Source: a virus
IMG/VR virus record: IMGVR_UViG_3300025326_000023
Coordinates: 1-64,000 of that record
Length of the DNA: 64,000 bases
Direction: 5' to 3' (one strand)
This document shows, one piece after another, positions 37,450 to 46,071 of the stretch (positions are counted from its first letter, which is position 1; the number at the start of each line of letters is the position of its first letter). The position numbers and the translations under genes were made by a program. The notes below the pieces were generated by a model. It worked only from the letters and a program-made list of their open reading frames with translations, ran no database searches and had not been told where the DNA came from.

Positions 37450-37998
37450 TCATTCGTCATTCTGGGGCAGGATCCGAATCACGTCGTCCTGGACAGCCAG
37501 GCGGCTGCCGTCCTGCCAGGCCGTCACAAGCCGCTGGATCTCGTCCAGTGTTGGCCACTGGCCGGGGTCGTGCGGTGCGGGCGGGGCATCGGTGAACAGG
37601 CGGGCGTCGTCAATCAAAATCACGTGCCGGCCGCGGGTGCCGTTGATGGCGCGCAGCTCCTCCAGCAGCGGGCATTCGGGGGCCAATCGCGGGCCGCAGG
37701 CCCAATGGGCGTCGAGCCAGAACAAGGCGGGCTCGCGCAAATCAGGCAGCATCTGGGCCAGCACGTTTGGCGAATTGCCCAGGTGCAGCACCACGTTGGC
37801 GAACGGCCGCAGCCGGCGGTAGGCGCGCTGGTAGGTGTCGGGGTAGAGTTCGATGGTATCCACGCGTCGGAAGTAGCCGGCGGCCAGGGCGGCGGTGTGG
37901 CCGGCGCCCGAGCCGGTTTCGATAAAGCGGGTGGGCCGGTACGTCTCCAGGATCGTCTGGAGCAGTTCGGGGTCGAGGCTGGGGGAGATGCTGCCCAT
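37450..37998 (-). CDS. SAM-dependent methyltransferase-like protein
   Basis: FIETGSGAG, TIEL, GNS, FWLDAH, ILIDDARL. Confidence 0.8.
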   Translation of the reverse strand: MGSISPSLDPELLQTILETYRPTRFIETGSGAGHTAALAAGYFRRVDTIELYPDTYQRAYRRLRPFANVVLHLGNSPNVLAQMLPDLREPALFWLDAHWACGPRLAPECPLLEELRAINGTRGRHVILIDDARLFTDAPPAPHDPGQWPTLDEIQRLVTAWQDGSRLAVQDDVIRILPQNDE

Positions 37999-38136
37999 GG
38001 CGAGCCCTCAAGTTCGAGGACGAAGGACGAAGGACCCGATAACGGAGGAATGAGGAATGAGGAATGAGGAAAGCAGTTCGGCATTCGGGCTTCGGGCTTC
38101 TTTAGACATTCGACATTCGGTTTTCGTCATTTTGGT

Positions 38137-38880
38137 TCACCAACTCCGCGGGGTCACCTGGGTGGGCCAGGGTTGATGCCAGTCGCTATAGTCGTCGCCC
38201 CACAAAGGCACCAGTCCGAAGTATGGAGCGCGGTTGCCCATCGCGTAGTAGGCTTCGGGGCCGTCCAGGCCGGGTTCGCTGATGCGCACCGGCACCTCCA
38301 TGTGCCGCTTGATGCGGTTGTACACGTAGTAGGGTGGGCCCTGGATATCGACGGACGTTTCGCCGGCGAGCCGCAGCCGTTGTTCCATTTCGTAATCGTC
38401 GCCGGCATAGCAGGCGCGGTAGCCGCCGTGGCGGGCGAAGAACTCGCGGCGGTAGGCCCAGGAGGCGTGGTAGGCGAAGCGCCATGGATCGTCGCGGCTG
38501 AAGGTCTCGGTGAGGATCAGCCGGCCCTGTTCGTCGTAGTCGTAGGCTTGGCGGGGCTGGAGCCAGGGGCCGCGCTGGAGGGCCTCGTCGACGGCCTCCA
38601 GGGCGTCGTCCAGGTACAGATCGTCGTCGTCCCAGAGGGCGATGGCTTCCGAGTCGGGAGAAGCCAGGGCGGCGACGGCGTTGCGCTTCTCGCCCAGGGA
38701 GCGGAAGCGGCGCGGGATGGAGAGCAAGTGCCAGCGGTCGCCGGACTGATGTTCGTATTGGCCCAGGTCGTCCAGGATCACCAGTTCCCGGTCGGGGTGC
38801 GTCTGGCGCTCGAAGCAGCGGATCAGGCGGCTGAGCAACTTAGGCCGGTTGCAGGTCATGGTGATGGCGGTGATTTTCAT
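38137..38880 (-). CDS. Glycosyltransferase family 2 (paralog of 35333..36070)
   Basis: QTHPDRELVILDD, LGEKRN, LWDDDD. Confidence 0.85.
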   Translation of the reverse strand: MKITAITMTCNRPKLLSRLIRCFERQTHPDRELVILDDLGQYEHQSGDRWHLLSIPRRFRSLGEKRNAVAALASPDSEAIALWDDDDLYLDDALEAVDEALQRGPWLQPRQAYDYDEQGRLILTETFSRDDPWRFAYHASWAYRREFFARHGGYRACYAGDDYEMEQRLRLAGETSVDIQGPPYYVYNRIKRHMEVPVRISEPGLDGPEAYYAMGNRAPYFGLVPLWGDDYSDWHQPWPTQVTPRSW

Positions 38881-39271
38881 GGGTCGGGATTGAGTTGGTG
38901 AGGATGAACGTTTCAGAAATGAGGAATGAGCAATGAAGAATGAGCAATGAGAAATTGCGCCCGCCGCGGGTTATCCCGATCGTTATTCCTTAGACATTCG
39001 TCATTTGTTATTCCCGGTAGCCTGCGGCGGTTGCTGGGCGCCGTGCGCCAGGCGCTTGCGCCGCATCGCGATGATGTCTCGCGCGTGCGAGATAGCCGAG
39101 TACGGCGGCTCGCCTTCGCGCACCAATCGTGCCGCTTCGTCCTGAACCTCTCGATCCCAATCGCGCACGGCCCGGTCGAACGAGTTATGGGAGAAAATTT
39201 TGACAAAGGGACAGAACATGCGGGACCACATACAGGCGTTTTCCTTTCCTTATTGTTCATTGCTCAGTTCG

Positions 39272-39937
39272 CTATTTGTCCGCGTAGTTCAGCCGCTCCA
39301 GCCAGGGCTGGAGCAGGCGGTTAAGCAGATCGCTGCTGGCCGGGTCGACAAAGCGGCGCCAGGTGCCGGGCTGGCCTTCGTGGACGTGGCCGGGTTCCAG
39401 CACGTCGCGCGACTCGCCGGGCTGGAGCGCCGCACAGATCTCCCGGTTGCGGTCGATGTGGCGGGCCGCCAGGATCTCAGCTTGCCGCTGGGGCGTCACT
39501 TCCCAGCCGGTCAGCGCGCTGAGCAAGCTGAAGATCTGCTGCGGCTTCTCGATCGCCGTTTCGTAGCGCAGGTGCAGCGGCAGGTGGGTCTCTTGGTACT
39601 GCTGCATGCGCCAGAGCGTGTTCAGGTAGCGGCCGGCGATCCAGTAGAGCCGTTCGCGGGGAATGACGCCCAGCCGCTCCACTTCGTCCGGGTGGCGGAA
39701 CCGCCAGTGGGAGATCACGCAATCGCGGGGATCGCGGTAGACGGATAGCACGGGCACTTGCAGGTCCAGCCACTCGTGCGTTTTGATCACGCCGTCGCCC
39801 AGGGCGTCGCCGCAGACCTGCCAGATCCATGTGGTGCCGGAGCGCTGCAAGCCGAAGCAGATCAGGCGCACGTTCTGGGCGGACAGGCCGGCGGAATCGT
39901 TGCGGACTTGGTTGGGGATGTAGGCGCTGGGGTTCAT
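39272..39937 (-). CDS. Sulfotransferase
   Basis: 5'-PSB GLQRSGTTW, KTH, 3'-PB YRDPRD..IS, LRYE. Confidence 0.85.
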   Translation of the reverse strand: MNPSAYIPNQVRNDSAGLSAQNVRLICFGLQRSGTTWIWQVCGDALGDGVIKTHEWLDLQVPVLSVYRDPRDCVISHWRFRHPDEVERLGVIPRERLYWIAGRYLNTLWRMQQYQETHLPLHLRYETAIEKPQQIFSLLSALTGWEVTPQRQAEILAARHIDRNREICAALQPGESRDVLEPGHVHEGQPGTWRRFVDPASSDLLNRLLQPWLERLNYADK

Positions 39938-40623
39938 GGGTTGGTCCAAATCTGATTGTAGGTGGTGGTGGCGCGGAGGCGGTAGCCCTGTTCGCCCAGC
40001 AGGTGCTTCCAGGCCCCGGACAGATCGAGGTTGGTGCCGTACTGCCGGTGTTCGATGACCAGGCATTCCGGGTGGAACGTCGTCCAGTCGTTGCCCTTCA
40101 GCACTTGGGGCTCGCTTCCCTCCACGTCGATGCTGCACAAGCGGCAGCCGGCCCGGATGGTCGGGTAGCGGGCCAGCAAACCGGCCAGCGTCTCGGTCTC
40201 CACGTAGGCCACCGCCTGTTCGTCGATGGGCCAATCCGGGCGCAGGCTGCTGAGACATCGGCAGATCCGCAGGCGGGCGTAGCCGCTGGCGTCGCTGACC
40301 GCCACGGGGGCCAGGAAGTCTCCGGGGCGCTGGCGCAGGATCGAGTACCAGCATTCGGCCAGCGGTTCGACCACGAGGCCGCGCCAGCCGCGCTGGTAGA
40401 ACGACCAGGTGTTGCTGCAGTCGATGGCGTGGCCGGCGCCGATGTCGACGTACAGCCCGTCGCCGGGCAGGAGTTGGGCCAGGATCTCGTCCTCCGCCCC
40501 TTGGCTGCCGCGGCAGGTCACGGGCGGCAGCGAGCGGTTCAGCCAGCGGCCCAGGCCGAGCAGTTCGGAGCCGGATTGCTGCAGGGCGTCGGCGGTGATC
40601 AGTCCAGGGTCAGCCATTTCCAT
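39934..40623 (-). CDS. FkbM-family methyltransferase
   Basis: SQGAED, YVDIGAG, SNT, GWRGLVVEP, SIDVEGSE. Confidence 0.85.
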   Translation of the reverse strand: MEMADPGLITADALQQSGSELLGLGRWLNRSLPPVTCRGSQGAEDEILAQLLPGDGLYVDIGAGHAIDCSNTWSFYQRGWRGLVVEPLAECWYSILRQRPGDFLAPVAVSDASGYARLRICRCLSSLRPDWPIDEQAVAYVETETLAGLLARYPTIRAGCRLCSIDVEGSEPQVLKGNDWTTFHPECLVIEHRQYGTNLDLSGAWKHLLGEQGYRLRATTTYNQIWTNP

Positions 40624-41486
40624 CGCTCCGCTTCGTCGAAGGGGTAGAGGTCGGGGTAGGGGTTGGGGTAGTTGGCCGGCGGCTCGCTAGGGTGCCAGGG
40701 CAGGCAGGCGAAGCGGCTGCGGCGGGCCACCAGGCCGCGGTGCCAGAAGCTGCCCTTGGGCAGCGGGCAGACGATCTTCCAGGCCCGGCCCAGCCAGCCG
40801 GCCCACCAACTAAAGGTCGATTGGCAAATCACCAGGTTCTCGGCGGCCAGCAGCAATCGCCAGTCCTGGTCCCAGGGCAGGCCGCTGATCGCCCAGGGCA
40901 GGCCCAGCTTGGGGAACTCCTGCATGAAGGGATCACCCGGATCGTCGGTCACCACCACCAGCCGTTTGGCATCGGGAAACTCCTTGAGGCAGGCGGCGTA
41001 GTCGTCCAACGTGGCGGCCAGGCAGCAGCGGGACGGGTCGTTGGGGTTGTCCACGCCCGGCACGTAATCGGTGCGGCGGCAATGCAGGTAGACGGCGCCG
41101 GGATCGCTGCGCGGCAGGCGGCCCCAGATCGCCAGCCAGTCCCGGCGGATCTTCTGTTTCCAGCCCACCAGCAACGAGTAGTTCTGGAAGTAGCCCTGTT
41201 CGATGTGGATAGGCCGGTCGCTGCGCAAGCTGGAGAAATCGAACCAGTGGTCGCAGCAGATCCGCTGGACGTGTTCGCCCTCCAGTTTGCGCTCGGACAG
41301 CACGCGGCCCGCCGTGGGGGCCATGACGATGGCGGGCAATTCGCTCCAGACCACGGGCTGGCCCCGCTTGTTGACAAACTCGATAGGTGGCGAGTAGGCC
41401 AGGCCGGTGCGTTCGGCCAGGATCTTGCAGACCACGTAGGTGAAGAGTTGGTTGCCGAACTGACCGATCATGCGGGCGGTGATCAT
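40599..41486 (-). CDS. Alpha-1,2-fucosyltransferase-like (GT11)
   Basis: GQFGNQLF, GYFQ, HCRRTDY, STFSWWAGWL. Confidence 0.85.
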   Translation of the reverse strand: MITARMIGQFGNQLFTYVVCKILAERTGLAYSPPIEFVNKRGQPVVWSELPAIVMAPTAGRVLSERKLEGEHVQRICCDHWFDFSSLRSDRPIHIEQGYFQNYSLLVGWKQKIRRDWLAIWGRLPRSDPGAVYLHCRRTDYVPGVDNPNDPSRCCLAATLDDYAACLKEFPDAKRLVVVTDDPGDPFMQEFPKLGLPWAISGLPWDQDWRLLLAAENLVICQSTFSWWAGWLGRAWKIVCPLPKGSFWHRGLVARRSRFACLPWHPSEPPANYPNPYPDLYPFDEAERWKWLTLD

Positions 41487-41489
41487 GAG

Positions 41490-41813
41490 CTACGCTCCGA
41501 GTCTTGAGGCACGCCGCGCTGGCCGGGGATGTGCGCGGGGTAACGAATCGCGCACGAGCCAATTGCTCCACAGACCGCGCAGATGGCGTTCCGCCTTCAA
41601 TTGGATTTGACGAATGCGCTCGCGGTGTACGCGAAAGATACGAGCCGTTTCTTCTAGGGTATAGGGGCCAGCGTCAGTGAGCCCATAGCGCAGTTCCAGC
41701 ACGGCACGTTCGCGGTACGACAGAAACCGTAACAATTGAGGCAGTGCCACGATGAAGTCAGGCGTGGTGTCCATTACCTTGCGTGGCACGCCGCGAATAA
41801 TCAGGCTTGACAT
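41490..41813 (-). CDS. Stand-alone sigma-70 region 4 protein
   Basis: LSYRERAVLELRYGL...TLEETA..F.V.RERIRQIQLKA..LR. Confidence 0.85.
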   Translation of the reverse strand: MSSLIIRGVPRKVMDTTPDFIVALPQLLRFLSYRERAVLELRYGLTDAGPYTLEETARIFRVHRERIRQIQLKAERHLRGLWSNWLVRDSLPRAHPRPARRASRLGA

Positions 41814-44050
41814 TTCAAGTCCTCCTGCACCTGCGACTCGATCCAGGCGTAGGTTTCGGCCAGGCCTCTGCGGAGCGGGGTGGAGGGTTGCCAGCCCAGT
41901 TCCTGCAGGATGCGGGTGTTGTCGGAATTGCGGCCCCAGACGCCCTGGGGCTTATCCAGGTCGTGGCACTTGATGACGGAGACTCCGGCGATCTCGGCCA
42001 CCAGGTCCACCAGTTTGTTGATCGTGACCAGTTCGCTGGAGCCGAGGTTGATCGGCTCGCGGATGTCGCTGGCCATGATCTTCAGGATGCCCTCGATATT
42101 GTCGCCGATCCACATGAAGGAGCGAGTGCGGGTGCCGTCGCCCCAGATGTCGATGGGGTAGGGGCCGGGGTTGCCGGATTCTTGGCCGCGGAGTTTGGCT
42201 TCGGCCACTTTACGGCAGATGGCGGCGGGGGCTTTCTCTCGCCCCCCAGTGTAGCTGCCATGGGGCCCGTAGGAATTATGGAATCTGGCCACTCTGGTTT
42301 CCAGGCCATAGTCCTCCATCCAGTGGCGGGCCAGCCGTTCGCTGAACAGTTTCTCCCAGCCGTAGCCGTCCTCGGGCATGGCGGGGTAGGCATCCTCTTC
42401 CTTGAGCGCCGGCACGTCGGGGTGGTTCTGTTTGCCGGCGGCGTAGGCGCAATTATGTACGGCAAATCCGTGCGCCGTATAGGAAGGGGCGTCCTTCACT
42501 TCTAAGTTGTACACAGTGCAATCCACCAGGAATGAGTCGACAGACAAACACCGATTGTGGATCGTTTCATCCGTAGGCGGCGGAGGCGGACAATCGTTCG
42601 TCACGCAGAGGTCGCATGCCCTCTGTCGCGACGCCTGAGAACCGACCGTGTAGAGATTATGACAGTCTACTGTTGCGCGGATGGTACGATCCGAAAGAAC
42701 TGAGGCGCGGGAGCGCATGATTTGGACGGACGTTTGAATCCCGAGCGAGAGCAGAATGGCGCGCATATCAGCAGCGAGCCGGTGCGACGCCGTGCCAATG
42801 CCAATGCTGTCAGCCGACTCGCCCGAGCGGCTCCTGCGAATCCAGCCGTCTCCTAACCACCAACCGCGGACGAGTTGCTGCCGAAAGGCGAAGGGACCCG
42901 TGAACAACTTTTCTCCCACGCATTTGGAGTAACAATCCGCTTGCGCGCTCGCGCTCTGGTAGCAGTTGTCGAGAAAGAATTGGGCCAGGAGATTGCTGCA
43001 AATGCCGACCTTACACGACTTTTGTCCCCGCGTGTTATCCCAGCGGCGGATGCGCTTGTCAGGAATTCCGAACGTTGCTCCCAGCAGTGTCCGCACGCGA
43101 TCAACCAGATTTGCTTTGCGGCCTTCAGTTCCAAAGGAAAAGAGCACCCGCTTGGATCCATGGGGGGGCGATTCGACCCATCCATCGGCCAGGAACAAGC
43201 CAACCAATTCTCCGAGGGCCGCGTCTTGGGCGACGATTTCCTTGGTGACGGGATCACAGTGCGATGGAAAATGGCCGCGGGAAAATGAATAGGGCGTTCC
43301 CAGCGAGGCGCCATGCGATGCAGCGAGCTTGTACAAAGGCTCGTTGGTTCCCGCCAGGACGGCACGGCGCAGACGAATCAGACGATGCAGGTCCATCTGA
43401 AACCTGCGAGCTGGCGCATCCAAGTTTGGGATCGGCAGTCGCAAGCGATGACCCGCGAGAGATGAGGCAGGTATCCATTGGCCGTCCGTAGTGAGAAAAC
43501 GATGATCGGGCGTGACGCACAAAGGCGGTAGCCCTGGACAATGTACAATGGACAGGGGCCCCTGGTAGCGGCGGGACATTGTGCGGGTCACCTCCGCGAG
43601 TGTTCCATCAGCGGTGACTACGCGATCGCCGACAGCAATCTCTTCGATGGGGATACTGCCCCTCGCCGTGGTCACTCTCGTTCCCGCGGGAAAACATGCC
43701 GAGCTGCTATAGAAGAACCGCTGGACGCGATTCGCGTACGCGGCCTTGAGCATCTGGGCGGAGATCAGCACGTTCATGGCGCAGTCGCACTTGTGCGTTT
43801 CGATGGTCCCGATGCCGCCCATGAAGGCGGCCAGGTTGTAGACGTGTTCGATGCCGAGGCAGCAGGCGACACATTGGGCGTAGTGGCGCAGATCCCAGGA
43901 GGACCAGTTGTCGGCGCGGATGTCGTACTGCCACCAGTCGCTGCGTCTTTTGACGTCCACCGCGCGGACTTGATGGCCGCGTTCCAGCAGGGCCTTGACG
44001 AGATGTCCGCCGATGAAGCCACCGGCGCCGGTCACGAGAGTTTGGGTCAT
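41801..44050 (-). CDS. NAD-dependent epimerase (GDP-mannose 3,5-epimerase-like) containing an intein
   Basis: GAGGFIG, LAAFMGG, SSSA|C.Y, YGWEK, GGREKAPAAICRK. Confidence 0.9.
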   Translation of the reverse strand: MTQTLVTGAGGFIGGHLVKALLERGHQVRAVDVKRRSDWWQYDIRADNWSSWDLRHYAQCVACCLGIEHVYNLAAFMGGIGTIETHKCDCAMNVLISAQMLKAAYANRVQRFFYSSSACFPAGTRVTTARGSIPIEEIAVGDRVVTADGTLAEVTRTMSRRYQGPLSIVHCPGLPPLCVTPDHRFLTTDGQWIPASSLAGHRLRLPIPNLDAPARRFQMDLHRLIRLRRAVLAGTNEPLYKLAASHGASLGTPYSFSRGHFPSHCDPVTKEIVAQDAALGELVGLFLADGWVESPPHGSKRVLFSFGTEGRKANLVDRVRTLLGATFGIPDKRIRRWDNTRGQKSCKVGICSNLLAQFFLDNCYQSASAQADCYSKCVGEKLFTGPFAFRQQLVRGWWLGDGWIRRSRSGESADSIGIGTASHRLAADMRAILLSLGIQTSVQIMRSRASVLSDRTIRATVDCHNLYTVGSQASRQRACDLCVTNDCPPPPPTDETIHNRCLSVDSFLVDCTVYNLEVKDAPSYTAHGFAVHNCAYAAGKQNHPDVPALKEEDAYPAMPEDGYGWEKLFSERLARHWMEDYGLETRVARFHNSYGPHGSYTGGREKAPAAICRKVAEAKLRGQESGNPGPYPIDIWGDGTRTRSFMWIGDNIEGILKIMASDIREPINLGSSELVTINKLVDLVAEIAGVSVIKCHDLDKPQGVWGRNSDNTRILQELGWQPSTPLRRGLAETYAWIESQVQEDLKCQA
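42452..43696 (-). mobile_element. Intein (415 aa) with LAGLIDADG endonuclease
   Basis: A|CFPAGTRV...TPDHRF...VYNLEV...AVHN|C; LVGLFLADG and VRGWWLGDG. Confidence 0.9.
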
Positions 44051-44691
44051 AATGTGGTGTTCCTCCAGAGAAAGTTATCGCCGGGGTAGCCTCGCACAAA
44101 CTCGAAGCCCGGCAGCAGATCGCAGAGTTCAGGCAGGCTGGCCTGGCCGTGGTAGTAGGGGCGCTGGTGGCATTCGCAATACCACCAGCGGATGCGGCGG
44201 ATGGTCTGCTGGCCGCCGCGGAGCACGATGGCTTCGGCGCCCTGGACGTCGACCCAGGCCAGGTCGAAGACGCGCAAGTCGGCGGGCCAGAGATCGTCCA
44301 GCCGGTGGGTTTCCACAGTCACAGCCGGCTGGAAGCGGAGCCAGGGATCGTAGCTGGTGTGTTTGTCCGGCGCCAGCAGGGAGCCGCTTTTGTCCCACGG
44401 CCCGTAGTCGTCCCAGCCGGGCGCATCGCCGTCGGATGGATGGAAGGGGAGCCAGTCCTTGCGATCCGCCAGGGCGAAGGGCCAGAGGGTGGCTCGTTCG
44501 TCGTGGATCCGATCGCACCAGCGCTGGCAGGCGCGCGGATCGCACTCGAACGAGTGGATGCGGGTGTCGGGGTGGGGGAAGGCGGTCAGGAAGGCGGCGG
44601 TGTCCTCGCCGTCGTTGGCCCCGATCTCCAGGATCTGGGCGCAGTCGCTGCCGATCAGTTCGCGGGCGGATTGGGGGGTGAAGGCTTCCAT
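44047..44691 (-). CDS. FkbM-family methyltransferase
   Basis: ILEIGANDG, SFECDP, WVDVQGAE. Confidence 0.85.
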   Translation of the reverse strand: MEAFTPQSARELIGSDCAQILEIGANDGEDTAAFLTAFPHPDTRIHSFECDPRACQRWCDRIHDERATLWPFALADRKDWLPFHPSDGDAPGWDDYGPWDKSGSLLAPDKHTSYDPWLRFQPAVTVETHRLDDLWPADLRVFDLAWVDVQGAEAIVLRGGQQTIRRIRWWYCECHQRPYYHGQASLPELCDLLPGFEFVRGYPGDNFLWRNTTL

Positions 44692-44813
44692 GCGGCGTGG
44701 TTTCCGGGTGGCGAATGATGGCCTAAAGAATGAGGAATGAAAAACGAGCAATGAACAATGAGGGAAACGGGTCCGTCATGCTGTGCGTCTGGCAAACGGG
44801 ACTTTGAGTGAGA

Positions 44814-45308
44814 TCATGGCTGCCCTCCGGGAGTCAGAAGACACGTTTCCAAAGCTCGCCCCTGGTGATCGCATCCGCGCGACGCTAAGACTTCGCGGAC
44901 TTTTGCAGATTCTTCCGCAGGAAGACGCACAAATAGGGTGAATCGCTTGCAACCTGGGGCGCGTTCAAACCGAATGATCGGGTCTGATGGATGCAACACG
45001 GTGGTGCCGTTGTCGAACAATGGGCATCCATGGGCGAAATCGGAAAGCAGGGCGTTGATCGCATCTGCCATCTGCGTGAACTCACGGTCGTGGTCTGCGT
45101 TCATCTCGGCAAACGAAACGGCTAGACGATTGCCCACTGGGTGCATGTCGTCCTTGACAACTTCATAGTGGACCGACGGCACGTCCGAAAAGGTGTTTTC
45201 GCCAGACGATCCAGATCCCGACTGCATGTGTCGCGCCGCGACATGGGGACACGGGTCGTTGCGGAAGTGATAAGTTGCGCAGTGCGGACAGTGGATCATG
45301 TCGCCCAT
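44814..45308 (-). CDS. Hypothetical protein (lower-GC insert)
   Basis: MGDMIHCPHC; GGAGG RBS. Confidence 0.5.
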   Translation of the reverse strand: MGDMIHCPHCATYHFRNDPCPHVAARHMQSGSGSSGENTFSDVPSVHYEVVKDDMHPVGNRLAVSFAEMNADHDREFTQMADAINALLSDFAHGCPLFDNGTTVLHPSDPIIRFERAPGCKRFTLFVRLPAEESAKVREVLASRGCDHQGRALETCLLTPGGQP

Positions 45309-45319
45309 CTCTCGGCCTC

Positions 45320-45925
45320 CTATGGTTGCGGTGGATCCAATTTCAAATCGTAGCCGAACCGGTGGGCGTCGGGCCAGGCCCAGGCGCAGGCGGCGGCGTA
45401 GGGGACCGGGTAGTCGCCGCACAGTTGCTGCCAGGGCGGATGCGGTTTGGGGTAGGGCGGCGGCAGCGTCACGGTGTCCTGCAGCAGCGATTCCAGGTCG
45501 GCCTGGAGAACCTCGAACCGCACCAGCACGTCGATGCGCTGCGACCAGCCCAGCAAGCGGGTGATGGTGTAGCGATAGAGCCAACTGAGCATGTCGTCGC
45601 GGTCCTGGGCCACCGCCAGCGCGAAACCGACGAACGAGAGGAGATCGGAGACGGCATCTGGCTCATGTTGGCTATGCCACCAGAGCCAATGGCGCCAGAG
45701 TCCGGTGAGGCGGTCCAGCGGATGGCGGACCACCAGGGCCAACTTGAAGTCCTGGAACTCGCTGGCCAGCCGGCAGCCGTGGTGGTCGTAGTTCTGGCCG
45801 TCGGGGCTGGGGGTCCAAACGGTCTGGCCGCCGTAGCGGTCCCCGCACAGCGCCTGGTGGATGTGGCGGCTGGCGGTGTGAGGCGGCGTGGCCAGCACCA
45901 GTTTGCGGGACGGGAAAACAATCAT
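45320..45925 (-). CDS. Sulfotransferase family 2-like
   Basis: KLVLATPPHTAS, VVRHPLDRL..LW, VRFE.L..DL, D..RFGY. Confidence 0.7.
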   Translation of the reverse strand: MIVFPSRKLVLATPPHTASRHIHQALCGDRYGGQTVWTPSPDGQNYDHHGCRLASEFQDFKLALVVRHPLDRLTGLWRHWLWWHSQHEPDAVSDLLSFVGFALAVAQDRDDMLSWLYRYTITRLLGWSQRIDVLVRFEVLQADLESLLQDTVTLPPPYPKPHPPWQQLCGDYPVPYAAACAWAWPDAHRFGYDLKLDPPQP

Positions 45926-45940
45926 GGCCTCCTGCCTCCT

Positions 45941-46069
45941 CAATGACGAAATCCCAATGACGAATGTCTAAAGAATTCCTAAACCTCAATGACGAAAGCG
46001 GTTTCGTCATTCGCCATTCGTCATTCGTCATTCGTCATTCCTTAGACATTAGGATTTCGTCATTCGTCT
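45941..46069. repeat. Inverted pair of AATGACG heptamer tracts with AATGTCTAA cores
   Basis: caatgacgaaatcccaatgacgaatgtctaaag ... ttcgtcattcgtcattcgtcattccttagacatt. Confidence 0.85.
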
Positions 46070-46071
46070 TC

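Noticed and set aside
41561-41575. Partial match (14/15, AATTGCTCCACxGAC) of duplicated spacer 6/7 to the sigma-region-4 gene, and an 11-nt match (GGGTTCATGGG) near 39930
   Set aside because: Too short, and the longer match lies at the predicted PAM-distal end. No full-length self-target was found by eye, and the search was not exhaustive.
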